From assembly GCA_004284765.1 (NCBI GenBank), contig NQJD01000060.1:1-9000 (forward strand): a stretch of DNA of 9,000 nt, read 5' to 3'. A model generated the notes under the pieces. That model saw nothing but the letters and a program-made list of their open reading frames with translations, was not told where the DNA came from and did not search any database. The stretch's first letter is position 1; every line of letters starts with the position of its first letter. Position numbers and translations under genes: made by a program. Positions 1 through 5,503 of the stretch are shown here, in pieces. Origin of the DNA: Candidatus Electronema aureum (GTDB lineage Bacteria; Desulfobacterota; Desulfobulbia; Desulfobulbales; Desulfobulbaceae).

Positions 1-140
1 AAGCCACACCAAGTGGGAATGCAAGTATCACATTGTCTGGATACCAAAATACCGCAAGAAAGCTCTCTTTGTCGAGTTGCGGACAACAAGCTCAGGAGAA
101 GGAAGACCAGCGTCTTGAGCAGCTCAACCTGTTTGAATAG
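1..140 (+). pseudogene. tnpA: IS200/IS605-family Y1 transposase (TnpA) remnant with a large internal deletion; 5' end off-window
   Basis: Frame 2 (nt 2-82) reads SHTKWECKYHIVWIPKYRKKALFVELR, the conserved N-terminus of IS200-type TnpA. Frame 3 (nt 84-140) reads QQAQEKEDQRLEQLNLFE then TAG (138-140), the typical C-terminal tail. The roughly 100 aa that should lie between them (HUH motif, catalytic Tyr) are missing, and the two parts are in different frames. Confidence 0.7.
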
Positions 141-142
141 CG

Positions 143-217
143 GCTGCCTTCAGGCAGCTCAAGTTGTTTAACCGCTTTGAGCGGTTCAGAATCTCAAGCC
201 ACCGGCTTTGCCGGTGG
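143..217 (+). repeat. Three tandem short hairpins just downstream of the tnpA remnant; probable IS200/IS605 right-end subterminal palindromes
   Basis: The three hairpins are gctgcc-ttca-ggcagc (143-158), aaccgc-tttga-gcggtt (170-186) and ccaccggc-ttt-gccggtgg (199-217). All stems are perfect. The motif ctcaag precedes hairpins 2 and 3 (158-163, 193-198). IS200/IS605 elements carry TnpA-recognised hairpins at their ends. Confidence 0.55.
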
Positions 218-1112
218 TACTTGACTTCTTTACATAGACAAGAGCATCTTCCAGAGACATTTTGCCCTTGAACCGTTTTGTGAACTGAGATGGAAACAAT
301 AAAAGATTTGAGAAAAATTTGTTAATCAAATCATGATTTAATTCGTGAATATACAGCTCTTCGCATGGTTTTCTTGCAGAAACTTCAAGAAGAGAAAATA
401 AATTTTCATAAACACCTTTGTATTCATTTTTTGTTTTTTCTGTCCAGCCACCTTCGGACTCTTCCCAGAATGTAGAAAAGAAATCTTTCAGAAAGGTGCC
501 ATTAACAGCAGATTCATCCTTTCTCTGAGCATCGTTCTGCTCAGGAATATGGCGGTCTTGATGATCATAAGAAGGAGGATTGCTTATGAAATTTTTTTTT
601 CTATATTCATGCTCATACAGCATTTGAGCTGTTCTGTAGCAGAACAGATTGTATTCCTTAGAATCTTTTGGAACCAGCAATTTCTTCCATTGAATGATTT
701 TATCAGCAAGCTCTTGAAGTTCTGGGATAGAATTCCAGCCGACTGTAGAATCGTCAAGACGAATGAATTGGTCATATTCTGGCGGGATAAATTTTAACGG
801 GTTATAGTCATCATTGAAATCAGGGCCATGCTTTTCAACAGCATGAACATATCGTTGATAAATAATATCAAAAGCATGATCAACAGCCTGTCTAATCTCT
901 TTCCATGTAATTAACGGATTTTTCTCTGATTTTTTCATAACGAGATCAAATACAATTTTTAGTTCTCTTGAAAGGCTCACAGCTTCGCTCTTCCGGCTTA
1001 CCTTCAAGGATTTGATAAACTCTCTCTTGCCGTGATGCTGCCGGGTTGTGGCGGGAAGACTATGGCGAAAGTAATACGTGTCAGCCTTTTTGACAAGGTA
1101 GGATGCGGCCAT
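186..1112 (-). pseudogene. int: Tyrosine recombinase/phage-type integrase truncated at the C-terminus (N-terminal arm-binding and core-binding regions only)
   Basis: Starting at ATG 1110-1112, the ORF reads MAASYLVKKADTYYFRHSLP..GKREFIKSLKVSRKSEAVSLSREL. This matches the DUF6538-type integrase N-terminus (consensus recalled from memory). The stretch W-TEKTKNEYKGVYENLFSLL..ELNHDLINKFFSNLL looks like a SAM-like core-binding domain. No R..HxxR..Y catalytic domain follows. The last ~14 codons (KSSTTGKAGGLRF) are translation of IS hairpin 3, so the gene is cut at about nt 218-235. It is AT-rich (14/60 and 20/60 G+C in two hand-counted lines) and adjacent to a tRNA 3' end. Confidence 0.7.
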
Positions 1113-1152
1113 TTTGTACCATGAGTTTGTACAAAGCCGCTGCAAATAGAAA

Positions 1153-1189
1153 CAGGGCTTTGATATTTACCAACAATATCAAAGCCCTG
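1153..1189 (-). terminator. Rho-independent terminator downstream of tRNA-Leu
   Basis: A perfect 15-bp stem, cagggctttgatatt (1153-1167) / aatatcaaagccctg (1175-1189), encloses a 7-nt loop. On the minus strand it is followed by TTTCTATTT. It begins 16 nt past the tRNA CCA end. Confidence 0.6.
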
Positions 1190-1204
1190 CATATTTGACT
1201 TCTA

Positions 1205-1291
1205 TGGTGCCGAAGGGGAGAGTCGAACTCCCACAAGCATACACTCACTAGACCCTGAACCTAGCGCGTCTACCAATTCCGCCACTTCGGC
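1205..1291 (-). tRNA. tRNA-Leu (anticodon CAG), 87 nt, CCA encoded
   Basis: The reverse complement folds as a class II tRNA. Acceptor is GCCGAAG/CTTCGGC and the D-arm is GCG-GAATTGGTAGA-CGC. The anticodon stem is CTAGG/TCTAG with loop TTCAGGG (CAG). There is a 15-nt variable arm, a T-arm GGGAG-TTCGACT-CTCCC, discriminator A and CCA. It closely resembles E. coli tRNA-Leu(CAG). Confidence 0.92.
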
Positions 1292-1300
1292 ACTGCGGCG

Positions 1301-1332
1301 ATTAATATGCCTCATTCCGGGGGCGGTGTCAA
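1301..1332 (-). promoter_or_regulatory. Putative sigma70-type promoter for tRNA-Leu
   Basis: The minus strand reads gaaaaattg-TTGACA-ccgcccccggaatgagg-CATATTAAT-cgccgcagt-GCCGAAG(tRNA +1). The -35 is perfect (plus-strand tgtcaa, 1327-1332). An A/T-rich -10 region lies 17-19 nt downstream, about 9 nt before the mature 5' end. An A/T tract sits upstream. Confidence 0.45.
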
Positions 1333-1449
1333 CAATTTTTCATCGCCTTCAGATGCTTTTTTCGCCGGGGCGCATGAACTGTTTGCGGCTTTCGTCGGCT
1401 TGAGGTACATATTCGGTGCTGTTCGGCGGCAGAACCTCAACCAGAAACA

Positions 1450-2436
1450 ATGCGCGACATGCAGATTCACACCAGCTTGCAGGAGATCACCCGGCCTTTC
1501 CATCGCCCCATCGTCACTATCGGCAACTTTGATGGCGTGCACTTGGGGCACCAGTTGCTCTTCAGCGAGGTGCTGGTTAAGGCACGGCGCAGCGGCGGCA
1601 CCGCCGTGGCGGTCACGTTTGACCCGCACCCGCTCAAGGTGCTGCGGCCCGAAGGCATCCGCCTGATCTCCAGCACCGGGCAGAAGACCGAGCTGATCCG
1701 CTTGGCGGGCATGGACGCGTTGGTGATCATCCCCTTTGACCGCCAGTTTGCCCAGATGAGCGCAGCGGCCTTTGTTGAGGACATCCTTTGCCGCACCCTC
1801 GGCGTGCAGGAGCTGGTGATCGGCTACGACTACGCGCTGGGCCGGGGCCGCGAGGGAACCATAGACTTCCTCCGGCGGCAGGGCGAGGAGCGCGGCTTCC
1901 CAGTCACAGTGGTCGAGGCCCACTACGAGGACGGCCTGCCGGTCTCCAGCACCCGCATCCGCCAGTTAGTGACAGAAGGGCGGATGCAGGAGGTGCGCCG
2001 TCTGTTGGGCCGCTGCTACCACATCCGGGGCGAAGTGCAGCGCGGCAGGCAGCGTGGGCGCGGGCTGGGTTTTCCGACAGCCAACCTGCATATCACCGAG
2101 GAAGACCTCTGCCCGAAGAAAGGCGTGTACGTCACCCAAGTGATCTGCGGCGGCAGGATGTACGGCAGCATCTCCAACATCGGCCGCAACCCCACCTTCG
2201 GCGAGAACGAGCTGGTGGCGGAAACCCACATCTTCGACTTCAGCGACGACATCTACGGCCAGCCTATCCGCCTGAACCTGCTCCGCCACCTGCGGGGAGA
2301 GATCAAGTTCAATTCGGCAGACGAGCTGGCCGCGCAAATCCGCAGGGATGTCGAGACCGCCCGCCATGTACTGGAGGACGCGGCCAAAGAGCGGCTCCTC
2401 ACCTGCGAGGAAGCGGCTGACCAGAGGATGCTCTGA
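1450..2436 (+). CDS. ribF: Bifunctional riboflavin kinase / FMN adenylyltransferase
   Basis: The 328-aa product carries IVTIGNFDGVHLGHQ (the FAD synthetase nucleotidyltransferase motif). It also has the C-terminal riboflavin kinase signature GRGLGFPTANL...YGSISNIGRNPTF...ETHIFDF. ATG 1459 is an alternative start; no clear SD precedes either. Confidence 0.92.
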   Translation: MRDMQIHTSLQEITRPFHRPIVTIGNFDGVHLGHQLLFSEVLVKARRSGGTAVAVTFDPHPLKVLRPEGIRLISSTGQKTELIRLAGMDALVIIPFDRQFAQMSAAAFVEDILCRTLGVQELVIGYDYALGRGREGTIDFLRRQGEERGFPVTVVEAHYEDGLPVSSTRIRQLVTEGRMQEVRRLLGRCYHIRGEVQRGRQRGRGLGFPTANLHITEEDLCPKKGVYVTQVICGGRMYGSISNIGRNPTFGENELVAETHIFDFSDDIYGQPIRLNLLRHLRGEIKFNSADELAAQIRRDVETARHVLEDAAKERLLTCEEAADQRML

Positions 2437-2470
2437 TGGGCCGCGCAACATCACAAAACGAGATACCCTC

Positions 2471-2986
2471 ATGACACCAGACAATATCATCATCCGAAAC
2501 GAGACCGAGGCTGACATCACCGCCATTGCCGCGCTGACTGAAGCGGCCTTTGCGAGCTTGGAGATCAGCAATCACACCGAGCAGTTCATCATTGCCGCGC
2601 TGCGGGCCGCAAAGGTGCTCACGATCTCCTTGGTTGCGGAAGCGGACGGCATTGTGGTCGGGCATGTCGCCTTTTCGCCCGTGCGCATCGCGGACGGCGC
2701 GGCAGGCTGGTTCGGCCTCGGCCCGGTTGCGGTGCTGCCGGAGCGTCAGCGGCAAGGCATCGGCACCGCCCTGATCCACGAAGGACTGGCCCGGCTGCGC
2801 GCTCTGCACGCCAAAGGTTGCTGTCTTGTCGGTCATCCCGCATATTACACCCGCTTTGGCTTCAGGAACGTTTCCGGCCTGTTCCATGCGGGTGTGCCGC
2901 CGGAAGTCTTCTTCGCTCTCTCCTTTGACGGCTGCCTGCCGCAGGGCGAGGTCAGCTTCCACGAGGCGTTTCACGCGGCGGCCTGA
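2471..2986 (+). CDS. GNAT-family N-acetyltransferase (YhbS-like), 171 aa
   Basis: From ATG 2471 the ORF reads MTPDNIIIRNETEADITAIAALTEAAF. It contains the acetyl-CoA binding motif LPERQRQGIGTALI and a C-terminal GHPAYYTRFGF. The upstream part of the tracked ORF (2348-2470) overlaps ribF and is not credited. Confidence 0.85.
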   Translation: MTPDNIIIRNETEADITAIAALTEAAFASLEISNHTEQFIIAALRAAKVLTISLVAEADGIVVGHVAFSPVRIADGAAGWFGLGPVAVLPERQRQGIGTALIHEGLARLRALHAKGCCLVGHPAYYTRFGFRNVSGLFHAGVPPEVFFALSFDGCLPQGEVSFHEAFHAAA

Positions 2987-3106
2987 TCAGCGCATGACCG
3001 CAACGACCGCAGCCGCCAATTTGCTTGCGGTCTGCCGCAGGCGGCGTATAAGTTGAACGCGGCATCCGTGCCGCCGGAGCATCTCATCAACCACAAGGAG
3101 CATGAC

Positions 3107-3244
3107 ATGAGCGAGAAAAAACCGCCCGCAGCAACGCCGCCGCGACCAACCCCGTCGCCGGGGCGACAGAAAAAAGGCAAGGCCGGAGGCTATGTCGCGC
3201 CGCCGCCGCCCAAGCCGATGACCCCTTCCAAGAAAGGCCGATAG
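3107..3244 (+). CDS. Hypothetical 45-aa Pro/Lys-rich basic peptide
   Basis: AAGGAG (3095-3100) lies 6 nt before ATG 3107. The product is MSEKKPPAATPPRPTPSPGRQKKGKAGGYVAPPPPKPMTPSKKGR. Third-codon positions are G+C rich, like host genes, and a strong hairpin terminator lies ~50 nt downstream. No family was recognised. Confidence 0.35.
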   Translation: MSEKKPPAATPPRPTPSPGRQKKGKAGGYVAPPPPKPMTPSKKGR

Positions 3245-3294
3245 CGCGCGGGCCGGACTGCGTTCCGCCTACCGCCGCATCCGCCGTTCCTGCC

Positions 3295-3340
3295 AAAAAA
3301 GGATTCCCATCCCGATCCTAAAAGGATGGGAATCCTTTTT
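3295..3340. terminator. Bidirectional rho-independent terminator; copy 1 of a repeated hairpin element
   Basis: A6-GGATTCCCATCC (3301-3312) pairs with GGATGGGAATCC (3324-3335)-T5 across an 11-nt loop. The core stem is a perfect 12 bp, extended by A/T pairs. A T-run follows on both strands. Confidence 0.65.
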
Positions 3341-3363
3341 ACATTTCATCGCCCGTAGAATAC

Positions 3364-3456
3364 AAAAAAGGTTACTCAACCCAGCTGCAATTCATCGAGC
3401 GTATAATTCCACGCGGGATGAGTATCCCAGCGCGTTCGCATCGAGTAACCTTTTTT
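3364..3456. repeat. 93-bp element bounded by perfect 14-bp inverted repeats
   Basis: aaaaaaggttactc (3364-3377) is the exact reverse complement of gagtaacctttttt (3443-3456). The 65-nt interior contains a second hairpin, cgcgggat-gagt-atccc(a)gcg (~3412-3433), and a lone TATAAT (3402-3407). Confidence 0.5.
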
Positions 3457-3517
3457 CCGCTGGACGAGCGTTCCGCCGCTGCAACTGCCCTTGCTTGTCT
3501 TTACGAAGCGTTCCCGG

Positions 3518-3546
3518 TTGACAGAGGCGGTTCCGGTGCTTACCGT
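3518..3546 (+). promoter_or_regulatory. Possible promoter for the 89-aa orphan gene
   Basis: TTGACA (3518-3523), 17 nt, then TACCGT (3541-3546). The -10 is weak (3/6), so the call rests on the perfect -35 and on position ~70 nt upstream of ATG 3616. Confidence 0.25.
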
Positions 3547-3615
3547 AGGATGATCAGCACGTTGGCATTTAAGCAGGAGAATATCACCCAGTATTCCAAA
3601 GAGAGGTTCTTTAGC

Positions 3616-3885
3616 ATGAAGATCAATATGGCGCATCTCAAAGAACGTTCAACTAGCGGCGGATGGATTAATTTTGCCGTATTCGACGCGAAATCGACAA
3701 ATGGTGACAACGCTGGACTTCTAAACAAGTTAACAATCGAAGCCCGATCAAATGGACTTAAGGTTTATCAATCAGCTTTAGCATTTCAGTCAGGAGGACG
3801 TATCCAGTTTTACGGAGATAAAGATCTTGTTGCCTATCTATCCAAGGGTTGGAGACCTCAGTGGACACATACTATTAATATATAG
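3616..3885 (+). CDS. Hypothetical protein, 89 aa, no family recognised
   Basis: GAGAGG lies ~10 nt upstream of ATG 3616. The product is MKINMAHLKERSTSGGWINFAVFDAKSTNGDNAGLLNKLTIEARSNGLKVYQSALAFQSGGRIQFYGDKDLVAYLSKGWRPQWTHTINI. It is AT-richer than the host (48/120 G+C over nt 3661-3780 by hand count). Hairpin copy 2 follows ~60 nt downstream. The tracked ORF start at 3418 would read through the 93-bp inverted-repeat element and is not credited. Confidence 0.55.
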   Translation: MKINMAHLKERSTSGGWINFAVFDAKSTNGDNAGLLNKLTIEARSNGLKVYQSALAFQSGGRIQFYGDKDLVAYLSKGWRPQWTHTINI

Positions 3886-3941
3886 ATTGAAAACTTATGG
3901 TCTATTTTAAAGCATTGCGCCTCGAGTCAGTGCTATGACAT

Positions 3942-3982
3942 AAGGATTCCCATCGTATCCAAAAAAGGATGGGAATCCTTTT
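3942..3982. terminator. Hairpin terminator; copy 2 of the repeated element
   Basis: aaGGATTCCCATC (3942-3954) pairs with GATGGGAATCCtt (3968-3980), followed by tt. It is near-identical in sequence to copy 1, with small indels in the loop (gtatccaaaaaa versus cgatcctaaaa). Confidence 0.6.
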
Positions 3983-4020
3983 CTCCGCCTGAAAATCACC
4001 CCTCCCCTTCCACAAACCCC

Positions 4021-4049
4021 TTGACAACATCTCCGCTGCGATTTACGCT
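4021..4049 (+). promoter_or_regulatory. Possible promoter of the three-gene cassette
   Basis: TTGACA (4021-4026), 17 nt, then TACGCT (4044-4049). The layout is the same as the candidate promoter at 3518, with a weak -10. It lies ~60 nt upstream of ATG 4108. Confidence 0.3.
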
Positions 4050-4107
4050 GCCGAGAAGCATTATCCCACCTGTCTGCGCTTCATTTCCCTTTGCATTGGA
4101 GCATGTT

Positions 4108-5181
4108 ATGGCAACAATTCAATGTCGGCTCGAAGTCAACGCCCTCACCGTTCCCCAGTCCTACAAGATACGTTTCGTGCCCCGCGACAGCATGGACACG
4201 GACGGCATAGCCGCTGCGATGGCGGCAGAGAACCCGAACTACAGCCTGGAAGACAACAAAACCATGCTGGCCAATCTGGTGCGCGTCCTCCAGAAGAACC
4301 TGATCAACGGCACGCAGAGCACGGTTGACGGCGCGTTCACGTTCGGCTTTTCCTTCACCGGCAGATTGGACAACCCGGATGACCCGCTGCCGCCGGCTGA
4401 GGACATCCTGCGCGTGGATGTCCACGTGCTGGCTCCGTTCCTCAAGGAAATCCGGCGGCAGGCCCAGCTGGAGCGGCTACCCATGATCGAGAAGGCCCCG
4501 CTGATCAACGCGGCGGAAGACACGGTGCTCGGCCTTGACGACGTGCTGCACAGCGGCGGCGCATTGCGGCTGACCGGCAGCAATCTGCTCTTTGATCCGA
4601 AGAGGTCGGACGAGGGCTGCGTGATTGAAGGAACGCGCTCCGGGCGGGCCGCGCAGACGCGCTTCGCCGGCATTTCCAATGCGGAAGTCACGCTGCTGCC
4701 TGAGTTCCCGACGCAGAACGAGCCGTGGAACAACGAGTACATCCTTTCCCTCAGCACACGCTACACCGAAAACGGCACCCTGCGCACCGGCATCTACCGC
4801 CGCAGGCTGCGCGCACCGCTCACTGCGGCGCAGCTCGGCAGCCCGACTCCGCCGGAGACTGGCATCCTTACCGATAAGGCCGCCTCGCCCTATGTCAAAA
4901 TCACAGGCGGCAGTTTGAACGCCGACGAGACCGTGCGCGTCCAAGCTGTTCTTGAGCACGACGGCAGCCTTTCTGTCAGCCTGCTCGACATGAGCGAAGG
5001 CGGCAGGACAGGCGCGTCGGTTCGTGTTGCCGCCAACGGCGCATACGTGCTGCCGGGCTTCGCCGGTTCCGCTTTGAGCAGCCTGAACATCACGGTCAGC
5101 AGATTCGCCGATCTGGTGAAGATGATCAGGAGCGGGTACAGTGGACGAGTTGTGGATGTGCTGGTGGTGAAGACAGCGTAA
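4108..5181 (+). CDS. HU-like (Bacteroidetes-type histone-like) DNA-binding domain fused to a DUF4469-like Ig-fold domain, with an extra C-terminal beta-rich region; 357 aa
   Basis: GGAG (4097-4100) lies 7 nt before ATG 4108. The N-terminus, MATIQCRLEVNALTVPQSYKIRFVPRDSMDTDGIAAAMA...NKTMLANLVRVLQKNLINGTQSTVDGAFTFGFSFTG, follows my recalled pattern for HU_HIG/DUF4469 proteins. That pattern is Y-L-N-LT..DY-A-V..S...EDI..M, then L..G..V-T, then S..G-F. The middle, PLINAAEDTVLG..DVLHSGGALRLTGSNLLFDPKRSDEGCVIEG...NEYILSLSTRYTENGTLRTG, matches the DUF4469 pattern P-I..V-D...LTPGG-L-I-G..LKFD....GVFF...Y-L-V-T-Y. The assignment is from memory and was not searched. Confidence 0.6.
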   Translation: MATIQCRLEVNALTVPQSYKIRFVPRDSMDTDGIAAAMAAENPNYSLEDNKTMLANLVRVLQKNLINGTQSTVDGAFTFGFSFTGRLDNPDDPLPPAEDILRVDVHVLAPFLKEIRRQAQLERLPMIEKAPLINAAEDTVLGLDDVLHSGGALRLTGSNLLFDPKRSDEGCVIEGTRSGRAAQTRFAGISNAEVTLLPEFPTQNEPWNNEYILSLSTRYTENGTLRTGIYRRRLRAPLTAAQLGSPTPPETGILTDKAASPYVKITGGSLNADETVRVQAVLEHDGSLSVSLLDMSEGGRTGASVRVAANGAYVLPGFAGSALSSLNITVSRFADLVKMIRSGYSGRVVDVLVVKTA

Positions 5182-5203
5182 CTATGCACAAAGGAGAATC
5201 GTT

Positions 5204-5503
5204 ATGGATGTAAAGGCAGCAGTGAAATTGGCGAAGGAGTATGCTCTTGATCTCTTTGCTGATGAAAACATCACCAATCTTGGACTTGAAGAAGTAAGTT
5301 TTTATGATGAAGACGGGGAATGGACAGTCACGCTCGGCTTCTCGCGCCCGTGGGATGAGCCGCGCAACACGCTTGCCTCGTTGGCGCAAACAAATCTGCC
5401 CCGCCGCTCATATAAGATTGTGCGTATTGATGACAACGGGAAAGTGAAGGGTGTCAAAAACCGCGAGGGGAAATACGAGATGAACTATGAGGCACCTTTT
5501 TAA
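5204..5503 (+). CDS. Hypothetical 99-aa protein, candidate partner or antitoxin of the downstream PIN protein
   Basis: AAGGAG lies ~8 nt upstream of ATG 5204, 22 nt after the previous stop. The product begins MDVKAAVKLAKEYALDLFADENITNLGLEEVSFYDEDGEWTVTLGFSRPWDEPRN... I see no RHH, AbrB, HTH or Phd-like motif. Its last 17 nt overlap the next gene. Confidence 0.7.
   Translation: MDVKAAVKLAKEYALDLFADENITNLGLEEVSFYDEDGEWTVTLGFSRPWDEPRNTLASLAQTNLPRRSYKIVRIDDNGKVKGVKNREGKYEMNYEAPF

Noticed and set aside
549-797. Plus-strand 82-aa ORF and a second minus-strand 63-aa ORF inside the integrase gene; also 1004-1192 -
   Set aside because: They are embedded in or overlap the integrase reading frame, which has clear family signatures. 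Their hydrophobic, low-complexity products are typical of AT-rich shadow frames.
1292-1449. FMN riboswitch or leader upstream of ribF
   Set aside because: None of the conserved FMN-element helices or motifs is visible, and ribF is not usually riboswitch-controlled. The region is better explained as the divergent tRNA promoter.
1312-2974. Long alternative-frame and antisense ORFs across ribF and the GNAT gene (1307-1666 +, 1312-1923 -, 1467-1796 -, 1788-2420 +, 1966-2571 -, 2399-2974 -, and the smaller ORFs at 2016-2252 -, 2550-2774 +, 2619-2843 - and 2826-3056 +)
   Set aside because: These are typical stop-poor shadow frames in G+C-rich coding DNA. Their products are Arg/Pro/Ala-rich low-complexity strings with no motifs. 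The ribF and GNAT frames carry unambiguous family signatures.
3376-3636. 86-aa minus-strand ORF, and the N-terminal extension of the plus-strand ORF from 3418
   Set aside because: Both run through the 93-bp inverted-repeat element in the same codon register. Third-position G+C is equal for both (about 57% by hand count), so neither is favoured. No SD or family motif was seen. A gene fragment cannot be fully excluded.
3295-3982. Integron gene cassette with attC sites
   Set aside because: The flanking hairpins lack the RYYYAAC / GTTRRRY core sites and the extrahelical-base architecture of attC. No intI gene is nearby. They fit simple A/T-flanked terminators better.
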